NCBI GenBank assembly: GCA_903937325.1
Contig: CAIZYV010000065.1
Coordinates: forward strand, 1-43,243
Reading direction: 5' to 3'
From: Candidatus Falkowbacteria bacterium
Lineage (GTDB): Bacteria > Patescibacteriota > Patescibacteriia > Patescibacteriales > UBA12465
DNA: 43,243 nt
In this document: in pieces, positions 6,791 through 15,382 of the stretch
Position numbering within the stretch: the stretch's first letter is position 1
Layout: the number at the start of each line of letters is the position of its first letter
Notes under the pieces: generated by a model
Database searches by the model: none
What the model was told of the DNA's origin: nothing
The model's input: only the letters and a program-made list of their open reading frames with translations
Position numbers and translations under genes: made by a program

Positions 6791-8605
6791 TTACTCTAAA
6801 ATTGCTTTAATTCGTCGCACACCAGCCGAGGAAGCTTCTTCTTTCTGAATCTTGAAATTACCTAATAATCGTAAATTATTTACATGAGGACCGCCGCAAA
6901 TTTCGCGGGAAAAAATATCATCCCAAGTGGCTTGATTCTGACCGTTATCGCGACCGACCGTATAGACTTTTACAGTTTCACCATATTTAGAATCAAAGAC
7001 GCCAGTAGCGCCAGAATTTTTTGCCTCTAGTAAAGAAATTTCTTCGCAGGCAACTGTCAAAGACTTGCCAATCGCTTCGTTAACCAGATTTTCAACAGTT
7101 TTAATCTGTTCAGGACTCATTTTTTCTGTATGAGAAAAATCAAAACGTAAACGTTCAGACGTAATATTGCTACCTCTCTGTGCTACATGATCTCCTAAAA
7201 CGCGTCGCAAAGCGGCCAATAATAAATGAGCGGCCGTATGTAATTTAGTCGTCTCCTCGCTGTGATCAGCCAGGCCACCTTTAAACTTTCCCGCCGAAGC
7301 GGTACGAGAGAGTTCTTGATGTTTTTGCAACTCTTGAAAAAAACCATCACGATCGATACGCCAACCACGCTCTTGTGCAATTTCTAAACTTAATTCTAAA
7401 GGAAAGCCATAACTTTGATAAAGCCTAAAAGCATCTGAACCAGAAAGGCAGTTATTATTAACCTGTAATTTATCAAATTCTTTTAAACCATTTTCCAAAG
7501 TACGCTGGAACTTCTCTGTTTCTTTAATAATCTCTTCATTAATAAAATTAGAATTATCTTGCAGCTCCGGATATGTTAAAGCATAAATAGAAAGAACGGC
7601 AGAAGTCAATTCAGCAATCCAGGAAATATTATTTTTAACATCAATACCAATTTTACCAGCTCGAACAATTGCTCGGCGCAATAAACGACGAACAACATAA
7701 CCCTGACCGACATTAGAAGGCGAAACTCCTTTTTGATCACCGATGATAAAAACGGACGCTTTAATATGATCGGCAATAATACGTATTGAACGGGTAATTT
7801 CGGGGCTTGAGTTATAAACTTGACCAGACAGTTCTTCAATCCGCTTGATAATCGGCCAAAAAAGCTCCGTCTGATAATTATCACTGCCATTCAAAACTGC
7901 CATTACTCTTTCTAAACCGAGGCCAGTATCGACATTCTTTTGCTCAAGCAAACGGAAATTGCCATCAACGTCTTTGAAATACTGCATAAAGACATTATTC
8001 CAAATTTCCACCCAAAGAGGATTATCATCATTGAAAGAAGAAGGCACGGTCTGAGGATCGCCGGTCCAATAAAAAATCTCTGTATCCGGACCGCAAGGGC
8101 CACTTTGACCAGCCGGACCCCACCAATTATTTTTCTTTGGCAACTTAGCGATACGTTCTGTCGGTAAGCCTAAACCCTGCCAAATAGCAAAAGACTCTTG
8201 ATCAAAAGGCGCGTCTTGATCGCCTACAAATACAGACACTGCTAATAATTTCGAATCTAAAGCAAGCCAAGCTGAATCCGTTAAAAATTCCCAACTCCAC
8301 GTAATAGCTTCCTGCTTAAAATAATCGCCTAAAGACCAGTTCCCCATCATTTCAAAAAAAGTATGGTGTGTCGCGTCACCGACTTCATCAATATCGCCCG
8401 TCCGAATACATTTTTGTGCATCAACTAGTCGTGAGCCACCCGGGTGCTTCTCTCCCAAAAGATAAGGAACGAGAGGATGCATTCCAGCGGTAGTAAATAA
8501 AACTGTCGGATCATTTTCCGGTAAAAGTGAGGCGCTAGAAATAATCGCATGCCCCTTGCTCTTAAAAAAATCTAAATATTTTTGGCGTAATTCGTTAGCA
8601 GTCAT
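6791..8605 (-). CDS. alaS: Alanyl-tRNA synthetase lacking the C-Ala domain
   Basis: Class II catalytic core (FTTAGMHPLVPYLLG, FFEMMGNWSLGDYFK) and editing-domain metal ligands (HTAAHLLLAAL, CGGPHV). The protein ends right after the editing domain at 604 aa. Confidence 0.9.
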   Translation of the reverse strand: MTANELRQKYLDFFKSKGHAIISSASLLPENDPTVLFTTAGMHPLVPYLLGEKHPGGSRLVDAQKCIRTGDIDEVGDATHHTFFEMMGNWSLGDYFKQEAITWSWEFLTDSAWLALDSKLLAVSVFVGDQDAPFDQESFAIWQGLGLPTERIAKLPKKNNWWGPAGQSGPCGPDTEIFYWTGDPQTVPSSFNDDNPLWVEIWNNVFMQYFKDVDGNFRLLEQKNVDTGLGLERVMAVLNGSDNYQTELFWPIIKRIEELSGQVYNSSPEITRSIRIIADHIKASVFIIGDQKGVSPSNVGQGYVVRRLLRRAIVRAGKIGIDVKNNISWIAELTSAVLSIYALTYPELQDNSNFINEEIIKETEKFQRTLENGLKEFDKLQVNNNCLSGSDAFRLYQSYGFPLELSLEIAQERGWRIDRDGFFQELQKHQELSRTASAGKFKGGLADHSEETTKLHTAAHLLLAALRRVLGDHVAQRGSNITSERLRFDFSHTEKMSPEQIKTVENLVNEAIGKSLTVACEEISLLEAKNSGATGVFDSKYGETVKVYTVGRDNGQNQATWDDIFSREICGGPHVNNLRLLGNFKIQKEEASSAGVRRIKAILE

Positions 8606-8616
8606 ATTGCATAAAA

Positions 8617-9639
8617 TTAAATTATATTAACTTCCGGCTCAATCTTAACGCCGAATTTTTTAAAAACGGCTTTCTGTACACGATTAATGTGAGCTAAGGC
8701 CTGCTTGACGCTTGCCCCGCCATAATTTACCAAAATTAAAGCCTGTTTTTCATACATGCCAATCTGACCAAAACGCTTCCCCTTAAAACCAGCCCCTTCA
8801 ATCAACCAGCCGGCTGGGATTTTAAGCAGATTAGCCTTAGAAGCAGGAAAAGATTTAATTTCCGGAAATTTTTTTTGCAATTTCTTGAAATTCGTAAAAG
8901 AAATTTCTGGATTCTTAAAAAATGAACCGGCATTAGCAAGCAATGAAGGATTGGGTAATTTACTATCACGAATTTGCCGGATAATTTCCGCTAATTGCTT
9001 GATGTTTGGCTTTTTTATGCCCTGCTCACTTAATTTTACTCGAATGTCGCCGTAATCCAAATGAAGAACTGGGTGCTTACTTAATTTTAAGACCAGACTA
9101 GTAATAAAATACCGACCCTTATATTTATTCTTAAAAATACTGTCGCGATAAGCGAAGGCGCAATCTTTGACGGTAAATACTTTTTCTTTACCTGTTTTTA
9201 AATCAAGGGCGCGTAAACTAAAAAAAGAATCTTTTAATTCTACACCGTAAGCACCAATATTTTGTACGGGTGCCGCTCCGACCGTGCCGGGAACATAATA
9301 TAAGTTTTCTGCACCACCCCAACCTCTTTCGACCGTAAAATAAACTAAAGAGCTCCACCATTCTCCGGAACGCGCCTCAACCCAAACAGCGGAACGACTT
9401 TCTTTAATGACACTAACTCCTTTAAGCTCATTTTTTAAAACTAAAGCTTTAAGCGGCCGACTGATTAAGAGGTTGGAACCGCCGCCCAGAACAAAAATCG
9501 GTAAATCATGCAAACGAGCAAAAACAATCGCTTCTTTTAATTCATTTTCTTCTTTAATAACTGCGAAATAGGCGGCTTTTGCCCCAATTTTTAAAGTCGT
9601 ATAAGGCGTCAAATCAACTTGTTTTAATATCTTAAGCAT
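8617..9639 (-). CDS. murB: UDP-N-acetylenolpyruvoylglucosamine reductase
   Basis: FAD-binding N-terminus (TPYTTLKIGAKAAYF, VLGGGSNLL), YYVPGTVGAAPVQNIGAYGVE, and a C-terminal MurB domain (AGSFFKNP, AGWLIE). Confidence 0.85.
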   Translation of the reverse strand: MLKILKQVDLTPYTTLKIGAKAAYFAVIKEENELKEAIVFARLHDLPIFVLGGGSNLLISRPLKALVLKNELKGVSVIKESRSAVWVEARSGEWWSSLVYFTVERGWGGAENLYYVPGTVGAAPVQNIGAYGVELKDSFFSLRALDLKTGKEKVFTVKDCAFAYRDSIFKNKYKGRYFITSLVLKLSKHPVLHLDYGDIRVKLSEQGIKKPNIKQLAEIIRQIRDSKLPNPSLLANAGSFFKNPEISFTNFKKLQKKFPEIKSFPASKANLLKIPAGWLIEGAGFKGKRFGQIGMYEKQALILVNYGGASVKQALAHINRVQKAVFKKFGVKIEPEVNII

Positions 9640-9645
9640 AAGGAT

Positions 9646-9651
9646 ATTATA
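9646..9651 (-). promoter_or_regulatory. Putative -10 box (TATAAT) exactly 6 nt upstream of the murB ATG
   Basis: The minus strand reads TATAAT-atcctt-ATG. A weak hairpin with T-rich tail, possibly the ABC-gene terminator, lies just upstream at about 9695-9712. Confidence 0.3.
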
Positions 9652-9728
9652 ACCTGAAAAAAGAGAAAAAGTCTATATAATAAAAGCGACCGTTGAAAAA
9701 CGGCCAACTTTTAAAAATCAAAAATATT

Positions 9729-11537
9729 TTAATCAAGTTCACCAAGCGCTTGCAGCGATAAAAGTTTGGCATACAAGCCACCAGAAACCTGAGCTAATTC
9801 TAAATGACTACCCTCTTCTTTAATCATCCCATTTTCTAAAACGATAATCTTATCTGCTTTCTTAATGGTACTTAAACGATGGGCAATAATGATAACGGTA
9901 CGGTTATGGCCAATATGGCTTAAAGCCTCCTGGATTAAACGTTCGCTTTGGCTGTCTAAATTCGAAGTCGCTTCATCAAAAATTAAGATTTTCGGATCGG
10001 CTAAGATGGCTCGAGCAATACCAAGGCGTTGACGCTGGCCACCAGATAATTTTATGCCTCGTTCTCCAACCAAAGTATCATAACCCTTATCCAGTTTAAT
10101 AATAAATTCTTCCGCGTTAGCGATGCGAGCGGCCGCTATAATTTCTTCTTGACTAGCCTGTGGATAAGCGTAACTAATATTATCACTGACGCTGACATCA
10201 AAAATTTCTACTTCCTGGGGGACGATGGCTAAACAGCGACGATAAGCAAAAAGATCAAAATCACGAATATCACGGCCGTCAACCAAAACTTTACCAGCAC
10301 TGGGATCATAATGACGATATAACAAGCGAGCAATAGTCGTTTTACCTCCGCCGGAAGGACCGACTAAAGCCAGCGTTGTGCCAGAACTAACCTTAAAACT
10401 TACATTATTTAAGGCCTGGGCTTTAGCCTCACGATAGCAGAAAGACACGTTCTTAAATTCAATCTTACCTTGAAGCTTAACGGGCTTTATCGCTGTAGCG
10501 CTATTTTTAATTTCACTTTCCGAGCGGAATAAGAGAAGTAAGCGGCTAACGCCTTCTCGGCCCTCTTCCATTCGATCATAAAAACGAGACAAACGGAAAG
10601 TCGAAGCATAAGCCTTTTCGCTAAGAGTAAAGGCAAAAATTAAAGTACCGACGCTCATACTACCGCGATAAACAAGATAAACACCTAAAAATAAAACCGC
10701 CGCCCGACCAATATCAACTATTAAATTTCGACCCAAGCCAATTTTCATCATCCAACCCCACTGCTTATTTTCATTATCGCGAATACCGGCTTTAATATTG
10801 CTAAATTCCGCTAACTCCCTGTCCTCCTGAACAAAAGACTGAACAGCATTAATATTGATAATAGACTGAGTCATCTTACCGGAAGCAACTTCGTAAGAAC
10901 GGTAGATTTCTTTGCGTACCGGATACATCCGTGCATTCGACCAATAAGTGACAAGAATAAACAAGGAAGAAAAAAATAAAAAAGAGGCGCCAATTCGCCA
11001 ATCAGCCCAAAACAAAGCCGGTATAGTCAAAATAAGCTGCACTAAGGTCGGCGACACTTCCCAGCCGATATTATTTATCAAAGTAGAAATACGATCGACG
11101 CCGCGCTCAATCTTCACAATTTTGCCGCCGGTATTTTCTTTCTCATGATAACCGAGGCTCAAATCCAAGAGCTTAGCCTGTGATTTTAAAGCCAAATGAT
11201 ATTCAATCTTGACCAAAAGCTTCAAGATGCCGCGATCACCAAAATACTGAACAACTGAGCGTATTTGATCAGAACCGAGATATAAAACAATCAGCCAAAG
11301 TAAAAAATTAAGATCTGTCGCCGGAAAATTATAAAGACCATCGATCAGTAATTTTAAAATATAAGGCTTGGACAAATCAAAAATCGCCCCCAAAACAGTA
11401 ATACTGAGGATAAAATAAATCAAACGGCGGAAAGGCAAAAGCAAACGCCAAAATTCCCGCCAGAACTCTCCCCAGGCTAAACTTGGTTTTTTCTTTTCAG
11501 CCTCTTCTTTCTCTGTTTGTGTAGACACTAGCGACAT
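9729..11537 (-). CDS. ABC exporter, fused permease and ATPase (MsbA/type I exporter-like)
   Basis: N-terminal half with about six hydrophobic segments. Walker A GPSGGGKTT, signature LSGGQRQR, Walker B ILIFDEATS, H-loop IAHRLS. Confidence 0.85.
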   Translation of the reverse strand: MSLVSTQTEKEEAEKKKPSLAWGEFWREFWRLLLPFRRLIYFILSITVLGAIFDLSKPYILKLLIDGLYNFPATDLNFLLWLIVLYLGSDQIRSVVQYFGDRGILKLLVKIEYHLALKSQAKLLDLSLGYHEKENTGGKIVKIERGVDRISTLINNIGWEVSPTLVQLILTIPALFWADWRIGASFLFFSSLFILVTYWSNARMYPVRKEIYRSYEVASGKMTQSIININAVQSFVQEDRELAEFSNIKAGIRDNENKQWGWMMKIGLGRNLIVDIGRAAVLFLGVYLVYRGSMSVGTLIFAFTLSEKAYASTFRLSRFYDRMEEGREGVSRLLLLFRSESEIKNSATAIKPVKLQGKIEFKNVSFCYREAKAQALNNVSFKVSSGTTLALVGPSGGGKTTIARLLYRHYDPSAGKVLVDGRDIRDFDLFAYRRCLAIVPQEVEIFDVSVSDNISYAYPQASQEEIIAAARIANAEEFIIKLDKGYDTLVGERGIKLSGGQRQRLGIARAILADPKILIFDEATSNLDSQSERLIQEALSHIGHNRTVIIIAHRLSTIKKADKIIVLENGMIKEEGSHLELAQVSGGLYAKLLSLQALGELD

Positions 11538-11682
11538 AAAAATTTTTTGAAAACGAATAGTAGAAATTTTAATAATACAACCATCAAATTACAGCAAGTG
11601 CTCTTTTTCTATCATAGCGATATCATTGACAAAAAGCAAATTATCTACTAAAACATATTACAGAACTTTAAAAATAAAGATA

Positions 11683-12351
11683 ATGAAAGAAAAAGCAAGA
11701 ATTACGGAACTGTGCGTCCGCCTGGAAAAAAGCACCGAAATCAAAAATCGTGTAGAAATAATCCGCAACATATCGGCTTATTTTACCACCAACAACTTAG
11801 AGGTGATTACCCACCGCCTACCCGCTCTGAAAAGTACGGCTTGCCTAAACCTTATAGCTTTTGATAGCTTGATGGCCACTTACTTTACCCAAAGTCGGCA
11901 AGTAGAAAAAATCTGGCCAAGAGTACAAGGGGAGGAACATCAAAAAAGACTAGCGGGAAGATATTTACGGCTAATAAGTAAAGAATTCAGCGAAGGTGAT
12001 AATATTAAAAAAATCATAATATTTGAGCAAAACAATAATTATGAACTAACCAGTGGAGATAAGCTAGAACAAGCGCGTCATACCTTCTGCCAAAACCGCT
12101 GGCAAGAAATGGTAGCCATGATAAACAGTAGCCACAAAGGCTTAATGATTTATCAAAAATTAAAAAACAAAAAAAGACCGGGCGCCGAAATCTGGACGAG
12201 CGTTGCTGCCTTAAAAACCATCAATATTTGGTTAAGCGACAAAAACGCAGAAGAGATAGCAAAACAATACGAAAATTTCATTACCAATTTTTCCGAGCAC
12301 CTCGATCAAACCAAAATGTTAATTGCTCAGAAAATACTATACAAAATTTAA
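11683..12351 (+). CDS. Hypothetical soluble protein (222 aa from the ATG; the track ORF starts at TTG 11626)
   Basis: An open frame on the strand opposite its neighbours. I recognise no motif. It is predicted hydrophilic and helical by eye. A possible promoter is TTGACA (11626-11631), 17 nt, then TAAAAC. Confidence 0.45.
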   Translation: MKEKARITELCVRLEKSTEIKNRVEIIRNISAYFTTNNLEVITHRLPALKSTACLNLIAFDSLMATYFTQSRQVEKIWPRVQGEEHQKRLAGRYLRLISKEFSEGDNIKKIIIFEQNNNYELTSGDKLEQARHTFCQNRWQEMVAMINSSHKGLMIYQKLKNKKRPGAEIWTSVAALKTINIWLSDKNAEEIAKQYENFITNFSEHLDQTKMLIAQKILYKI

Positions 12352-12366
12352 ACCAACAAAATAAAG

Positions 12367-12828
12367 ATGAAAAATATTCTCGTATTTTTACAGGGCAAAC
12401 ACACGCCAGCTAAAGAAAGTTTCATGAAAAACTTATCGGCAATGCTACCGAAACATGTTTTTCAAGTAATCTACGAAGGAGAAAACCCTTTTGTAACAGA
12501 AGTGACCATAACAGGCGAGGTCGATTTCTTCTTTGTTGAAACTAGCCGCCAAGATATAATGGCCATCATCGCCATGGCAACAATAAAATTTTGGCGCGAC
12601 GGCACTAATCAAGAAACAACAAAACTATTCCAAAAAATTATATTTTTCGGGCTAGAAGATTACAAAAATGATAGTGGGGTTACGAAAAAAATAATGCCAC
12701 CAACAACCCGATATTTTTTAGAAAAACTACGCTCAACTTATATTGAAGGTGTGGAAGCGGAAAAAGGTGGAGGGGTGTATAAATTCGAGCGGTTAAAATT
12801 ATTTTTGGACAAACCTAAGACGATATAA
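12367..12828 (+). CDS. Hypothetical protein (153 aa)
   Basis: Starts 15 nt after the previous ORF and is followed by a strong terminator. The N-terminus MKNILVFLQGKHTPAKES looks like a beta-strand followed by a degenerate P-loop. This is only a resemblance. Confidence 0.45.
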   Translation: MKNILVFLQGKHTPAKESFMKNLSAMLPKHVFQVIYEGENPFVTEVTITGEVDFFFVETSRQDIMAIIAMATIKFWRDGTNQETTKLFQKIIFFGLEDYKNDSGVTKKIMPPTTRYFLEKLRSTYIEGVEAEKGGGVYKFERLKLFLDKPKTI

Positions 12829-12840
12829 TATCGCTAAAAT

Positions 12841-12875
12841 AAAACCCGGGTGTCTCAGTACAACCGGGTTTTTTC
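12841..12875. terminator. Bidirectional intrinsic terminator between convergent genes
   Basis: aaaACCCGG-(14 nt loop)-CCGGGTtttttc. The stem is a perfect 6-bp GC-rich stem extendable by A/T pairs. T-runs are available on both strands. Confidence 0.7.
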
Positions 12876-12880
12876 ATAGA

Positions 12881-14284
12881 TTATTTTTTATCCAGCAATC
12901 TTTCTCCAACTCGGAAAATATCACCCGCCCCCATTAAAAGAAGCAAATCATCTGGGTGCAAAATTTTTCTTAACCAAATTAAAGATTTATCGAAATCAGA
13001 TAGATAGACAGCCGGCTTCTTCCGACCAGCATATTTTATCGCTTTAACTAAATCACGGCTGGAAATGCCTCCCTGCTTTTCGCGAGCCGAGCCGTATATT
13101 TCTAAAATTCCCAAAACATCGGCTGCCGCGAAACTAGCAACAAATTCAGGAAATAAAGCCTGCGTCCGTGTAAAAGTATGCGGGTGAAAAAGAACGACCA
13201 AGCGCTTATCCGGATAAGCCTCCTTAAAAGCTTGCAAAGTTGTTTGTACTTCTGTCGGATGGTGACCATAATCATCAAAGACGGGAATATTTTGATAATG
13301 CCCGATTAATTCCGAACGTCTAGCTGTCCCCTTAAAAGCAGCTAAAAACTTTTTCAATAATAGGGGATCAAAACCAAGAGCTAAGCCACTGGCCAAAACA
13401 GCCAAAGCATTTTCAATATTATGTTTTCCTAGCAGACAAATTTTAAATTCCCCCCAATCATTAACTTGAAAATATTGCCAGAGACCTTCTCGACGCAAAG
13501 AATGACCCAAGAGAGAAACGGGCGCCTGATGCCGACCGAGCTTATCCGCTAAAGCATAAGTAAAAATCTTTCCCTTAACCTGCGGGAGTAAACGCCTGAT
13601 ATTAACATCGGCCGCATTAGCGACCAAAAAATCACCGGTCTTAAGTTTGGCAATAAAATCGGCAAAAACTCGAAAGTAAGCGCGCTTATTTTTAAAATAA
13701 TCAGGATGATCAAAATCAATATTATTTAAAACAATGCCCCTGGGCTGCAAATATTGCAGCTTATTTTGATATTCATCGGCTTCGGCAATAAAATAATTTG
13801 ATTTTCCCACAAGCGCACTACCCTGAAATTGAGGCACGCGCGCACCGACAAGAACATTGGGGTCAAGACCGGCTTGTTTTAAAACAAAACCAAGCCAAGC
13901 GGCGGTTGTAGTCTTGCCATGGCTACCGCAAACAGCGATACCTTGATAAGTGTTGAATAAAGCGCTAATCGCTTGCGCATAATTTAAAACTGGGTATTTC
14001 TTAAATTTTTCGGTATTAGTAAATAGATAATTCAGTTCAAGATTATTATCAGGCGTATAGGCGCTGGAATAAATTATCACAGATCGAGCAGGAATTTTAG
14101 ACGAATCAAAACCAACCCGCACGGGAATATGCGCACGTCGCAACACCTGATCTGTCATAAATACATCAGCGAGATCAACGCCGCTGATTGATTTACCACG
14201 CGCACTTAAAAACTGCGCCAACATTGTCATGCCCACGCCCTTAATACCGATTAAATAAAAATTCTGATAAGCTAATAAATTCAT
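12881..14284 (-). CDS. murC: UDP-N-acetylmuramate--L-alanine ligase
   Basis: N-terminal Rossmann (IGIKGVGMTMLAQFL), Mur ligase P-loop (CGSHGKTTTAAWL), and a C-terminal Mur ligase domain. It sits next to murG. Confidence 0.85.
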   Translation of the reverse strand: MNLLAYQNFYLIGIKGVGMTMLAQFLSARGKSISGVDLADVFMTDQVLRRAHIPVRVGFDSSKIPARSVIIYSSAYTPDNNLELNYLFTNTEKFKKYPVLNYAQAISALFNTYQGIAVCGSHGKTTTAAWLGFVLKQAGLDPNVLVGARVPQFQGSALVGKSNYFIAEADEYQNKLQYLQPRGIVLNNIDFDHPDYFKNKRAYFRVFADFIAKLKTGDFLVANAADVNIRRLLPQVKGKIFTYALADKLGRHQAPVSLLGHSLRREGLWQYFQVNDWGEFKICLLGKHNIENALAVLASGLALGFDPLLLKKFLAAFKGTARRSELIGHYQNIPVFDDYGHHPTEVQTTLQAFKEAYPDKRLVVLFHPHTFTRTQALFPEFVASFAAADVLGILEIYGSAREKQGGISSRDLVKAIKYAGRKKPAVYLSDFDKSLIWLRKILHPDDLLLLMGAGDIFRVGERLLDKK

Positions 14285-14287
14285 AGA

Positions 14288-15382
14288 TCAATTTAACAAA
14301 TCTTGTATTATTTGTGCCCCCTGCTCCGACGCCTTGGCCGGAAACATTGTTTTGATTTTAGTGGATAAAGACTGGCGTCGATTAGTGTCTTGCCACAAAG
14401 ACAATAAAATATCAGCCAATTTCTTCCCTTCCGTTTTATCTTGGTCTAAGACAATGGCCGCCTCGGCTTCTTGAAAATAAGCAGCATTATCTTCTTGATG
14501 TGAACGAGGGATGGGCAACAGAACGGAAACTTTTCCCAAAAGAGATAATTCTGTCATAATTCCCAAACCAGCTCGAGACAAGACTAAATCAGCTAAGGAT
14601 AATAATATTTTAAAATCAGCGTGACTAATATTCTCGATAGCGTTATAAAATTCTCGACTAGGCGCATCCTCAGATTTATCAACTCCAGTTTGATGGATTA
14701 TCTGCCAATCAGTCGGTAAAAAATCTAGAACTTGATAGAACAAGTAATTAAGTTTTAAAGCGCCACGACCACCACCGGTCACTAGTAAAAAAGGATGATT
14801 TTTATTGAGACCGAACTTTTGTCTAATCGCTTCTTGATCTAACAAAGTCGCTTGCTGGACATCACTTGGATTACCAATAAAAACAGCGCAAGAACCATAA
14901 TCATTCAAAGATTTAGGAAAAGCGACGCTTATTTTGGTGGCGATTGGCGCCATTAAACGATTGGCTAAACCAGGGCGAACATCCTGTTGATGCACTAAAA
15001 TCTTAATATTCCTTAAGCGGCCGGCCCAAGCTAATGGCACGCTAGCGAAAGAACCGGCAGAAATAATTAAATCAGGACGAAGACGATGTAAAAGTCGACT
15101 AGCACAAAAAAAAGCTTGAATGATCTTAAATATATCTAAAAAATTTTTAACAGAAAAATACCGCCGCCATTTACCAGCCGGAAGAGCATAATATTCCGCT
15201 CCTAGCCGTTGAAAAATATCACCAAACAATTCTTTTTCTAAAAAAGGATCATTGCCGACAAAAACAAAACGAGCTTTAGGATTAATCTGCTTATAAGCTA
15301 AAGCTAAAGCTAAAGGCGCCGTGCTGGGTCCGCCAGTACCACCGCCGGAAATAAGAATTAAATAATCTTTAATGTCTTTCAT
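14288..15382 (-). CDS. murG: Lipid II synthase MurG (undecaprenyl-PP-MurNAc-pentapeptide GlcNAc transferase)
   Basis: ISGGGTGGPSTAPLALA is the glycine-rich N-terminal loop, and the protein has GT28 architecture. I prefer the ATG at 15382 (MKDIKDY) to the track's TTG at 15427. It overlaps the ftsW stop by 14 nt. Confidence 0.85.
   Translation of the reverse strand: MKDIKDYLILISGGGTGGPSTAPLALALAYKQINPKARFVFVGNDPFLEKELFGDIFQRLGAEYYALPAGKWRRYFSVKNFLDIFKIIQAFFCASRLLHRLRPDLIISAGSFASVPLAWAGRLRNIKILVHQQDVRPGLANRLMAPIATKISVAFPKSLNDYGSCAVFIGNPSDVQQATLLDQEAIRQKFGLNKNHPFLLVTGGGRGALKLNYLFYQVLDFLPTDWQIIHQTGVDKSEDAPSREFYNAIENISHADFKILLSLADLVLSRAGLGIMTELSLLGKVSVLLPIPRSHQEDNAAYFQEAEAAIVLDQDKTEGKKLADILLSLWQDTNRRQSLSTKIKTMFPAKASEQGAQIIQDLLN

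Noticed and set aside
8606-8616. T-box or other riboswitch leaders upstream of alaS, proS and ileS.
   Set aside because: alaS and proS start 11 and 21 nt after the preceding stop codons, leaving no room for a leader RNA. The ileS 5' end is outside the window.
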